From Hormiphora californensis (taxonomy: Eukaryota > Animalia > Ctenophora), in contig CM035361.1 of NCBI GenBank assembly GCA_020137815.1, forward strand, positions 4,154,001 through 4,218,000: a stretch of DNA of 64,000 nucleotides, read 5' to 3'. The position numbers and the translations under genes are program-made. The notes beneath the pieces are model-generated. The model saw only the letters and a list, made by a program, of their open reading frames with translations, did no database searches and was not told where the DNA came from. Below are positions 24,006-36,200 of this stretch, one piece after another; the stretch's first letter is position 1; the number at the start of each line of letters is the position of its first letter.

Positions 24006-25615
24006 GGCAATTTTGCATTTGCGGGCATCGCACTATAGACGCATTACCCACGTACTATAAACGCATTATAAACGCATTATAAACGCATTATAGACGCATT
24101 ATAGACACACGCAATATAGACGCAATTTCGTAAGCAGCACTATAGACGCAATATAAACGCATTATAACAGCAATATAAACGCATTTTTATAGACGCGACG
24201 CAGTATAGCCGCAGTATAGGCGCACTACCCACCCCAAAATCACCTTATAGACGCACTATAGACGCATTATAGACTGACTATAGCAGCACCATAAACGCTA
24301 CATAGACCCATATAGACGCATGATAGAAGCATTATAGACGCAAATCGCTTTTTATAGACGCCGCGTCTATAAAAAACGTGTTTTTTTAAGAAGCACTTTA
24401 GACGTACTCCAGGCTACAGTGCGATATTTGAGGCGCAGTTGGGCGTTTTATAAACCCATTTTTGAAGCATATAAAAGGAACCAGTACAGACGCATTATAG
24501 ACGCATTATAGCCGCATGTGTGCGAAATCGATAAAGACGCAATATAGACGCAAAATAAAAAGGAGAGGGAGAGAGAGGCGAGGGAGGGAGGGAGAGGGAA
24601 GGAGAGGTAGGGACTGAGGGAGGGGTACAGGGACAGAAACAGACGGATAAAGACCTGAGACAGAAGGACAGAGTAAGATGGAAAGATATAGGGACGGAGT
24701 GAGACATAAAAAGAGTGAGACAGAAAAAGACCTGTCAGGCCAATGCTCTGACCACAGTTCTCGCGTGCTTTGAGAGAAGCGAGAATGGGTCAGGCCAATG
24801 CTCTGACAGAAAAAGACAGAGATGGAAACAAACGGACAGAGACAGACGGACGGACAAACACGCGCTTACTATCTAGATAGATATATCTCCCTCTCTGCCT
24901 CACTCTCTCTCTCTCTCCACTCTCCATCTTAATCTCTCTCCATCTTACTCTGTCCGTCTGTCTCAGATCTGTGTCGATCTGTCTCTGTATCCCTCCCTCT
25001 ATCCCTCTCCTTCCCTCTCCCTCCCTCCCTCCCTCCCTCTAGTCTCTCTCCCTCTCCTTCTTATTAATTGCGTCTATATTGCGTCTTTATCGATTTCGCG
25101 CACATGCGTCTATAATGCGTCTATAATGTGTCTATACTGCTTCCTTTTATATGCGACAAAAATGCGTTTATAGTTCGCCCAACTGCGCCTCAAATATGGC
25201 AGCGTGCGTCTGAGTACGTCTATAGTGCTTCTTAAAAAAGCACGTTTTTTATAGACGCGGCGTCTATAAAAAGCGATTTGCGTCTATAATGCTTCTATCA
25301 TGCGTCTATATGGGTCTATGTAGCGTTTATGGTGCTACTATAGTCAGTCTGTAATGCGTCTATAGTGCGTCTATAAGGTGATTTTGGGGTGGGTAGTGCG
25401 CCTATAATGCGGCTATACTGCGTCGCGTCTATAAAAATGCGTTTATATTGCTGTTATAATGCGTCTATATTGCGTCTATAGTGCTGCTTACGAAATTGCG
25501 TCTATATTGCGTGTGTCTATAATGCGTCTATAATGCGTTTATAATGCGTTTATAATGCGTCTATAGTACGTGGGTACTGCGTCTATAGTGCGATGCCCGC
25601 AAATGCAAAATTGCC
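24006..25615. mobile_element. Foldback-like element copy 2, inverted relative to copy 1
   Basis: Same TIRs; perfect 9-bp TSD ATGGTTCTA; internal segment is the reverse complement of copy 1; carries a family-B MITE at ~24732-24809. Confidence 0.92.
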
Positions 25616-26232
25616 ATGGTTCTATAGAATGGTTCTATTATAGTAGATCTTTGTGGTAGAGCAGACTAAACACTTAATTTCTTGACATGATGGGCGGCAC
25701 CATCCCCCACTAGATGCTCTCGTCCCACTATAATAATAATAGCTGGAGTTCCATAGACTAGAAGGGGGTGTGGTGGTGTTTGCACCTCCCCTGCACTAGA
25801 TGCTCTCGTCCCACTATAATAATAGTTCCATAGAAGGGGGTGTGGTGGTGTTTGCACCTCCCGTCATTCCTCTCACTTATCTGCCCTGTCAAGGCACTAC
25901 TACTATTCCATGTGGTAGGCATTGTAGACTATATGCTCCCCCCCCTGGGGAGATCTGATCCGTGGAGGGGGGTGTGGTACTGGCGTCGTATATATTCTAC
26001 TACTCGTGTCTACTGTCGACAGTACAGAGAACACGTGCACGTGATGATGATCAAAACTATATAGGTGATTAGTATAACAGAAATTCCCATGAGGTCCTTA
26101 TACAGCTGACTTTATATATTTGCACCAATCAGAGGACAGTCACCTGAATGAAGGGAGCACGAGAAAATATATTTGTGCAGGGTCTCGCTTGGCTGAACTG
26201 TATAATATATCAATTCCTGCATGTGGTGGCTG

Positions 26233-26600
26233 TGATGTAAATACCAACTGATAAAATAATGAGTTGTATGAAAGATCAACTCGAATCTAAAAGTTGAAAA
26301 CTAAGAACTCGGACTGAGAAATCATAACCCCATGTTTTTAAGCTCTCTATAGTCACTTGGCAGCCCGCGGAGAGTCACGTGACATGAAGTGAGTGCGCTT
26401 CTTATAGGTCAGCCCGAAGCGTGCCTACTTCTGATAGGCTGGAGGGGTCCTATCTTCACTTTCATTCATTCTATACACTTAGCAGTTCCGATGAGTTACT
26501 AACTCATTATTCAGATGAGTTACTAACTCAGTATTCCGATGAGTTACTAACTCATTGAGTTAGCCTAACCTGCTCTCGTCCCTGAACCGAAGTGGGACGC
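26233..26600 (-). mobile_element. Diverged LTR fragment related to the Gypsy LTR
   Basis: GAGAGTCACGTGACATGAAGTGAGT..CTT..ATAGGTCAGCCCGAAGCGTGCC and TCGTCCCTGAA..GAAGTGGGACG are reverse complements of LTR ~12286-12455; contains an internal ~22-bp tandem repeat. Confidence 0.75.
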
Positions 26601-26821
26601 CAATTGATCGTCGGGTCACCCGTTGCTATTTAAGCTTATCGTTGAGTCAATACCTATAAACGCGCCCCTGATCCTCAGTACAAAGTTGAATCAATACTAT
26701 ACCATATAGACAAGTTTAGACAAGTTTAGCCAGTTTTAGACAAGTACCTTATATATGGAACCAATTTGATTTACAAAGCGGCGCGCTATAACAAACTCTA
26801 ATGTATTAGAATTGTGTTAAT

Positions 26822-28304
26822 ATGATTTGTTTCCTTCTCGTGGCAGCTGTGCTATGGATACCAGTTATACCTGCAGGTAATCATAGTGGTAGACCAGGAA
26901 GCGACTGAAAGTTCGGTTCGGTGGTTCGGTGCCACCGAATCGGGGGTTTTTCGGCGGTTCGGTTCGGGTCTACCAGGTAGACAGTTCATGTTGCATATAA
27001 TATCTCATGAAAAATTGTCCAACAACGTATATATTGGGCAGGAACCGACCGAATCAGGAAATACTGGTTCCTGATTGGTTGATAACCAGTCACGTGACCT
27101 AAATGACGAGTTCTGATTGGTTGTTTGCTAATTGTTTCGGTCGGTTCCTGATATTGTGACATCTCTAGGAATGGACGTCGTGAGGGTGATTTTTTATCCT
27201 TATTGCGTGCAAAAAAATTAGTTTATTATTATTACACGAACCAGACTATGTTTGTTGCGCGTATTTTCCTATACATGCTCTTTAACAGCAAATATAACTT
27301 AGCTAGATCTATATACTGTCTACATGAGTACAATCTATTTTTCAGACTGGACAGCTGTTGATCGGGGAGTCTATTTACCCTGGGATCTGGAGGGAACACC
27401 TCTCCAACTCCACACCGACTCAGCAATGGACAGTGGTGATGTGATTGCGATGGAGTTGTACGATACGGATTTCAACTGGATCAGGTAATCTCGGTATCTG
27501 GTTCGGTAACAAGGCCCCAGTACAGTATTGGATGCACTACTGCACTGCTTCGAGATACATTGACCTGCCGGTGCAGCCCCCGGCAGAAGTGGACAAGACA
27601 TGGACTTTCACCAAAACAGAGTCAACCCTCACTGTCACGTGTAATGACGTCAAAGTGCTCGAGTTGCAGTTTGTAAACGGTCCGACCATGCCCAAGAAAT
27701 GTGTTGCCAAGTGGGGCCCTAATTCCAGCAAGGTTGAAAATATCAAGTTTGCATCATCGGACACGGCAACCAACTTTTTCCGAGCAGGTAGGTCTATATG
27801 ATTGCAGCTGCATATTATGGTTGTTCTAACTGCACCAACATAAACACTGTTCATGGCATGATGGTCCATTAGACTATTGGAGGGAAACAGTTGTGCCTGA
27901 ACCTCAGGTTCAGCTGTCACGACTGAGACCTGAGATCTCAGGGGCCAGGGCTATAATTCTTGGCTTATTAGTGCATGATAACCAGTCACGTGACCTAAAT
28001 GATGAGTTCTGATTGGTTGTTTGCTTGTTTCGGTCGGTTCCTGTCAAACGTTGTGAAAACTATCCATTCAGGACCAATGCCAGTTAAATGTCCCGCCTTT
28101 ACGGTTGAGGGATCAACACAAGGAAACTGGCCTGCCTCACTGGCAGGAGCAACTGCCACCATTGAATGTGCTCCCAACCATATCCTAGTGGTGAGTGCAG
28201 TATTGACTTGCCAGGAGGATGGATCGTGGTCAAATGATATACCGGAGTGTTATGAAGATGGTACGTACATTTACATGAATTACTATATACTTGTTGAATT
28301 TTGA
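26822..28304 (+). pseudogene. Secreted protein: signal peptide, lineage-specific ~145-aa domain, Sushi/CCP; one frameshift at ~27483
   Basis: MICFLLVAAVLWIPVIPA|DWTAVDRGVYLPWDLEGTPLQLHTDS...NWI(shift)GNLGIWF...DLPVQPPAEVDKTWTFTKT...CNDVKVL...DTATNFFRA|...CPAF...IECAPNHIL...LTCQEDGSWSNDIPEC. 3' end uncertain. Confidence 0.7.
27039..27150. mobile_element. hAT-like MITE family A
   Basis: TIRs; TSD ATATTGGG/ATATTGTG. Confidence 0.9.
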
Positions 28305-29867
28305 TTTCTTCAATTCCGGCTGGATACATGATAGGAGGGTATAGGAATGCAATGAATGAGTATTTTATTAAAGAAGAACGCAATGAATCCTCCCGGTAAA
28401 TCGGGGTCCCGGTAAATCGGGGTCCGGCTGTACAATATATTACAATAGTTGTTGGTATGAAGTTCAAATGATGAAATGTCTCTTGAGCGAATGAAAGCCC
28501 CAAGTAATGGTCTAGTCATGTCATTCAGGAGAATTTAAATGTTGTTTGTGCCTTTCTTTGAGCACACGTGTAATTACTGGTATTCCCATGTTGTCCCCCC
28601 CCCCCTTGAAGGACATGCCCAAATTCCCGTGTGGCTATAAGTGAGCGCTCATCCAGGTCAGGCCCTAAACTTTGTATACAAAGCTGCAGCTCGATAACAA
28701 TACGTATCTAGCACACCTTTCGACCTCCCTTCTGCCATAGCCTCCTCAACAGAGAAAGTAGAACGTTTTAATTTCTCTGATGAGGAGCTATACTGTTATA
28801 TAGTTCAGGAAGTTCATGATTCCATGTTGCCTGGCTAGACAGTGGACTGTGTTTCGGGCGCACAAATGTAAAGGGATGGTTAGAACATAACAAACCGCGG
28901 CAGCTTTTTCTCCGTCTTCCTGCAGACAAGTAGCTCATGTGGAGGCCTGCACTGCACGATGTCCAATGTGGTTCTTTATCTACAATAGCATCTACAGTAG
29001 CACAAGCAGATCTAGAAGCTGCACGATGACGTATATAGGTGAAGATATTGGCCATAAAGTATAAGTATCATGTGTGTCCACAGAACCACAGGTGACACAT
29101 CCATTCATCTTGTATTAATACATCTTATATAATTCAAAGCTTGGACACCCCATGTTATGAGGCAGGCTTTAATCACGCCGTGCATAATGGGGCCGGGCAA
29201 ACAAAGCTCATTCGCACCGAGAAACGCATGGCGAATCCAAGTATTTACTGCGTTTTCACAGAAAAACACGCATTTCTCACTCCAAACCAGCTGATTTTAA
29301 GTGAAAATGCGCGGGTTTTTAAACACGCAATGACGAGGTAGGTATTATCTGGTTCAAAGCGACAGAGCGTGTCATCATTACATTTATCACGTCATTACGC
29401 CCAAACTAAATTTTAGATGAGAATACCGATATATAATAGTTGAAGTGGAGCTTCCAAATAAAAGCTGTCTGGCGGCGCCAAACCCCGATTTGATTCTCAG
29501 TGCGCTCAGATGGGGTTTACAACGCCAGGCAGAATAAAAGAAGGTGTGGTAGTGTTTAGTATGTTGATTTGACTATAATAAACACACGTTGGTGACAACA
29601 CGAAAAAAGTCAAATTGATTGATTATCGTGCTTACTGAGTCAAAAATGGCAGACAGAGTGAGAAAAAGATAGAGAGATAGAGAGAGAGAGTGAGAGAGAA
29701 AGAAAGCTAGAACGCTAAAGATCAGCGAAGCTTTGTGATTAGACTTTTTTCGTGTTGCCTCCTAATAACCCGGTGACAGTAATATGTTAACTATGATAGT
29801 GCTTTTAGTCATTACTCAGTACTGCCATTAAGTGCCTCCTCAAGTTTTTACAACGGTTCTCCTGAAC

Positions 29868-30110
<243 letters not shown>

Positions 30111-30282
30111 TTCCTGTCCCCCGCCTCTGAGTATAAGCTGACTTTATCCTGTGTGGTAAGTACAAAAGAAGCTCAGTAGCTCCCATTCGCCACCAATCTA
30201 CTGTATCTTCAATTTAACTGCAGTGCAGGACTCTTAAATCTTCTAGAGAACTTGTAAGCAGTTCTTTGTTAACGGTCTAAAT

Positions 30283-33200
30283 ATGATGCTGGCGTTATTG
30301 CTTCTTTTTGGAAGCTTCCATGCCGTCATTGCAGGTAAGCTCTGAGTTTTAATGTTTATCTCAACCGAAACGCGGAGTTTTTACGTCATCCGACCCGAAA
30401 CCGGCTTAAATTTGGCCAGTCTCAGCATATTTTGACAACATATTTTGACAATTGACATATCAAAAAAATTAATATGTCAAAACAAGTTGACATTTTTATT
30501 TGGGGTCATTTTATAGACATTTCCAGATAAGATAGATACTTGACACTTTAAACTTAAGTCAAAGACCCCACGCCGGGTATACAATTGGAAATGGTAATGT
30601 TCTGAATTAATATATTCCACACATCAATAAGTGTTCAAGTAAAAAGTCACCAACAAACTAACAATATGTTTTGCAGCAGTTTGCAGTAATTTTTATCTTG
30701 GCCGCGGGCAGTCACTCTCAATGACATTTTTTCAGAGCAACAACTAATGAGTTCTACTGTGTCTGTCAGTCAGAGTTCAACCGGGTGGAATGGAGTTGCA
30801 TCCAGGGCCGTCGATGGAAACACTGATGGAAACTATTGGGCAAAGTAAGTTAAATGGAATATCCGATGGAACAGAAAATATTTCTAGCTGATCGTTTAGT
30901 CAATTAATGGATTTACCCCACTCAAATATTATTACTATTTTCAGCTCTTGTACACATTCAGCAAGCGGTTCTAACAACTGGTGGAAAGTGGACTTGGATG
31001 CCGTTTCAAAAATCAACCGAGTTGTCATCTACGGACGAACTGACTGCTGTAATGAGAGGATGGGAGGAGCTCTGGTAATTCTCACTTTATTTAGTTACTA
31101 AACAAAAAAGTCGATACTAAACTTCATTTTCTTTAATTAGTTGTAAAAGACAAGACATGGCCGATATAATACACAAAAAATAATTTTACAGGTTTATGCT
31201 GGAGACGAATTTTGTGGTTCAGTAACTTACACCGCTGGACAATCTGTTTTCACTGTCCAATGCAACGGAGCTGTTGCTGGTAAGATTTTTTTTATTGCTC
31301 CTTCATAAAAATCACTCCTGTTTAATCCTAATTACTTCTTCATCAAACCATGCGTATTAATTACGTTCCCGCATCTAGGTTCCTTGAGGATTGAGCAAAA
31401 CTACAACTACCTTACGCTTTGCGAAGTAAAAGTGTTTGGTGAGGCGTCTGACGAAGCTCCACTCGTGAACCTTGCTTCTGGCAGAGGTCTTCCAACCTCC
31501 CAAACTAGCGTTGGATGGAGTGGTGCTGCCACTAGGGCCGTCGACGGAAGGAGCAATGGAATCTGGGGTCAGTCGACTTGTACTCATTCTGCTAATAATG
31601 GACAAAATCACTGGCAGGTCGATCTTTTGGATGAAAAGTCAGTCAGTAAAGTTGTTATCCACAACAGGCGAGACTGCTGTCAAAACCGAATCGATGGAGC
31701 TCAGGTAAATTCCTAACAGTATTTTGATTTTAAACAAATTTCTTAGTCGTCCAGGCATTGTAAAACAGTATTACAGCTGTTTCCCCCTCCCGATATAGGA
31801 ATCCCCTAGTTAGCGTAGTGAAAAAAGCAGGCTGAGAGATTTCAGAATTTCGTCAATAAAACTTTGAATATACTATACTGCCCCTCGCAGCCGAAGTCGG
31901 CTTGAAGTCGGGGACATACACCGCTGATCGAACTGATCAATTTTATTTTCAGGTCTTTGTCGGAGAAACTCTATGTGGTACTGTTACTTATGTTAGTGGA
32001 CAGAGCGTGTACGTTGTTGACTGTGGCTCCCCAATCGTTGGGGAGATTGTTAAAGTCTCACTGGACGGAGATTACCTTACTCTATGTGAAGTCGAAATTC
32101 TTGGTAAGTTTTTGTACAGACTACAGTCGGATCCCGATTTACCGGAATTGTATACTTCCCCCAACCCCGATATACCGGGCACCCTGATTTACCGGGCATA
32201 ACGCTTTCCCCGAGCATCCTGGTAAATCGGAGTCCGACAAAATTTAAAGAATTCCAAAATCCAGGTGTCGATTCTGATGATGGAGATGGTGTAAACTTAG
32301 TGAGTTCAACTACTGTGTCTGTCAGTCAGAGTTCAACCGGCTGGAGTGGAGTTGCATCCAGGGCCGTCGATGGTAACACTGATGGAAATTATTGGGCAAA
32401 GTAAGTTAAATGGCATAAAATCAATTGTCATATTTCATGACTGTAATATTACTCTAATATAACGTCGCGCATGCTGCTCGTGTCCTTCTGTCAGAGGCTT
32501 CTGATCCTCACTAAAGGCTCGCAGTTCGAAAAATGAATTAAAGAGAACAATTCTTTAGCTGGCTGCTTCGTGAGTTTGATGTTGCCCAATTACTGAATTA
32601 AACTTTTTATTTTTCAGCTCCTGTACTCATTCATCAAGTGCTACTAACAACTGGTGGGAAGTGTCACTGGATGCCGTTTCAAAAATCAACAGAGTTGTGA
32701 TCTACGGACGAACTGACTGCTGTAATGAGAGGATGGGAGGGGCTCTGGTAATTCTCACTTTATTTAGTTACTAAACAAAAAAGTCGATACCACACTTCAT
32801 TTTCTTTAGTTAGTTGTAAAAGACAAGACATGGCCGATATAATACACAAAAAATAATTTTACAGGTTTATGCTGGAGACGAATTTTGTGGTTCAGTAACT
32901 TACACCGCTGGACAATCCATCTTCAGTGTCGAATGCAACGGAGCTGTCGCTGGTTAGTTCCAAATTGCTCCTTCATAAAACTTTTTACTCCTTCATAAAA
33001 CTTTTTACATCTTCATAAAACTTTTTGCTCCTTTATAAATATTTTGTTCCTTCATAAAACTGTATGCTCTTTCATCAAACTATTTGCCCTTCACAAAACG
33101 TTTTGCTCCTTCATCAAACTATATGCCTCTTCATAAAACATATGAGTAAAGAATAAATCTTCACGTCCAGGTTCTGTCAGGATTGAGCAAAACTACAACT

Positions 33201-36200
33201 ACCTTACGCTTTGCGAAGTAAATATATTTGGCGAGCCCACTAATGAAACTCCACTCGTGAACCTTGCTTCTGGTAGAGGTCTCCCAACCTCCCAAACTAG
33301 CGTTGGATGGAGTGGTGCTGCCTCACGGGCTGTTGACGGAATGAGCAATGGAATCTGGAGTCAGTCGACTTGTACTCACTCTGCAAATGCTGAACAAAAC
33401 CACTGGCAGGTCGATCTTTTGGATAAAAAGTCAGTCAGTAAAGTTGTTATCCACAATAGGCGAGACTGCTGTCAAGATCGAATCGATGGAGCTCAGGTAA
33501 ATTTCTAAAAACTGTTTGGTACTTAAACTTAAAAGGCATCCTAATATTGGATACGAAATATGAGATCTTTCCCTGACCAACACATCTATTCCGCTAGTTT
33601 GGTCTTTGCACTTGAAAAAAAAGTAGAAAAGATTTAGAAATTTAGGAATCGTTTTTCTAAGTCGAGCTACGTATCTAGATATAGACAAATCAAAATTTTA
33701 TTTTCAGGTCTTTGTCGGAGAAACTCTATGTGGTACTGTTACTTATGTTAGTGGACAGAGCGTGTACCATGTTGACTGTGGCTCCCCAATCGTCGGGGAG
33801 ATTGTTAAAGTCTCACTGGACGGAGATTACCTTACTCTATGTGAAGTTGAGATTCTTGGTAAGTTTTTGTAGTAAATCAGGGTGCTAATTTACCGGAACC
33901 CCGATATACCGGGCACCCAGATTTACCGGGCATAACCCTTTCTCCCGAGAATCCCGGTAAATCGGGGTCCGACTGTATTGACAAAATTTATCCAAGTTAA
34001 GTTTTCCCTATAGCTAAAAATAGTAGTGAACTCATTAATTATATTTAAAATTGTCCATTTCCTAACTTATATGAGACATTTCTGATTTTAATTAATTACA
34101 TAATTTCAAAATCCAGGTGTCGATTCTGATGATGGAGATGGTGTAAACTTGATGAGTTCAACCAGTGTGTCTGTCAGTCAGAGTTCAACCGGCTGGAATG
34201 GAGTTGCATCCAGGGCCGTTGATGGTAACACTGATGGAATCTGGGGGTCTAAGTAAGTAAAACGGAATGATAAATATCCGATGGAGCAAAATTAATTTAT
34301 AGCTGGCCGGTTAGTTTGAGATTGCCCAATTAATGAATGAAACTTTTTATTTTTTAGCACCTGTACTCATTCAGCAAGCGCTTCTAACAACTGGTGGAAA
34401 GTGGACTTGGATGCAGTTTCAAAAATCAACCGAGTTGTCCTCTACGGACGAACTGACTGCTGTGGGGATAGGATGGCAAACGCTCTGGTAACTCTCACTT
34501 TATTTCGTTACTAAACAAAAAAGTCGATACAACACTTCAATTTTTTAGTTAGACATGGCCGATATAACAACAAATAATTTGACAGGTTTATGCTGGAGAC
34601 GAATTTTGTGGTTCAGTAACTTACACCGCTGGACAATCCATCTTCAGTGTCGAATGCAACGGAGCTGTTGCTGGTTAGTTCCAAATAGCTCCTTCATACA
34701 ACTTTTTACTCCTTCATAAAATATTTTACTCCTTTATAAATTGTTGGCTCTTTCGTCAAACTAATTGTTCCCTCACAAAACGTCTTGCTCATTCAACAAA
34801 CTTATACGCCCCTTCATAAAACCATGAGTGTAGAATAAATCTTCATGTCCAGGTTCTGTGAGAATTGAGCAAAACTACAACTACCTTACACTTTGCGAAG
34901 TCAAAATCATTGGAGAACCGACTGACGAAGCTCCACTCGTGAACCTTGCTTCTGGTAGAGGTCTCCCAACCTCCCAAACTAGCGTTGGATGGAGTGGTGC
35001 TGCCACTAGGGCTGTTGACGGAAGGAGCAATGGTATCTGGAGTCAGTCAACTTGTACTCATTCTGCTAATAATGGACAAAATCACTGGCAGGTTGACCTT
35101 TTGGATGAAAAGTCAGTCAGTAAAGTTGTTATCCACAACAGGCGAGACTGCTGTCAAGAACGAATTGATGGAGCTCAGGTAAATTTAAAAATTTTTCCCT
35201 GCTTTAATCTTTCGCAAGCATGCTTGTAAAATAACACAGTAGTGGGGTTTAGAAATCTCAGGGGATACTTGCGAGGTCAAAAATGGAATCATAGAACCAA
35301 AATCTGAGTGTCACATTAGTACAGTAGCGTCACTAGCATTTTGACACAAGTTTAAGCGTAGCCGAGACATATCATACATTTTCAGGTCTTTGTCGGAGAA
35401 ACTCTATGTGGTACTGTTACTTATGTTAGTGGACAGAGCGTGTACGTTGTTGACTGTGGCTCCCCAATCGTTGGGGAGATTGTTAAAGTCTCACTGGACG
35501 GAGATTACCTTACTCTATGTGAAGTTGAGATTCTCGGTAAGTTACCATTGCAATATAATTTTAGTAATAATAACAATAGTAATGTTTTTTCATCGAAACA
35601 TGAAGCAAAGTATGCTTTCATCAAGAAAAATTACCCACCTTTTATGAAATTTTGACCTCATGTTGTCTCTTTACCGACCAAAAAACTCCACCCCTTAGGT
35701 ATTGATACCTGTTAATGGGGTCAATCTGATTGCTTCGTCCTCTCACTGCATCCCAGAGCTCCACCGGATGGAATGGGGTGGCTTCCAGGGCAATCGATGG
35801 AAATTCAAACGGCGATTACTGGAACCAGTGAGTAAAGCTATTTTGAAAACCCTGCCTCCTATTTCTAATTGGCACGCTTTCCGAAACCGTAACTTAAAAT
35901 CAATTGTTTTACCAGAAAGCAGCCATTTTTCTATAGTCGGATGCGCCCATAATTACTGCAGGAAAGATTTGAATTTCTTTCCCATTTTATTCATCTTTGT
36001 CAATATGAAACTTAGTCCAGTATGAAACTATCCATGTTGCCCCGCAGTACTTGTACCCACTCATCAAGTGCTACTAACAACTGGTGGGAAGTGTCACTGG
36101 CTGCCGTTTCAAAAATCAACCGAGTCGTAATCTACGGACGAACTGACTGCTGTCAAAACAGGATGGCAAACGCTCAGGTAAGGGTTGAACACTAATTAAA

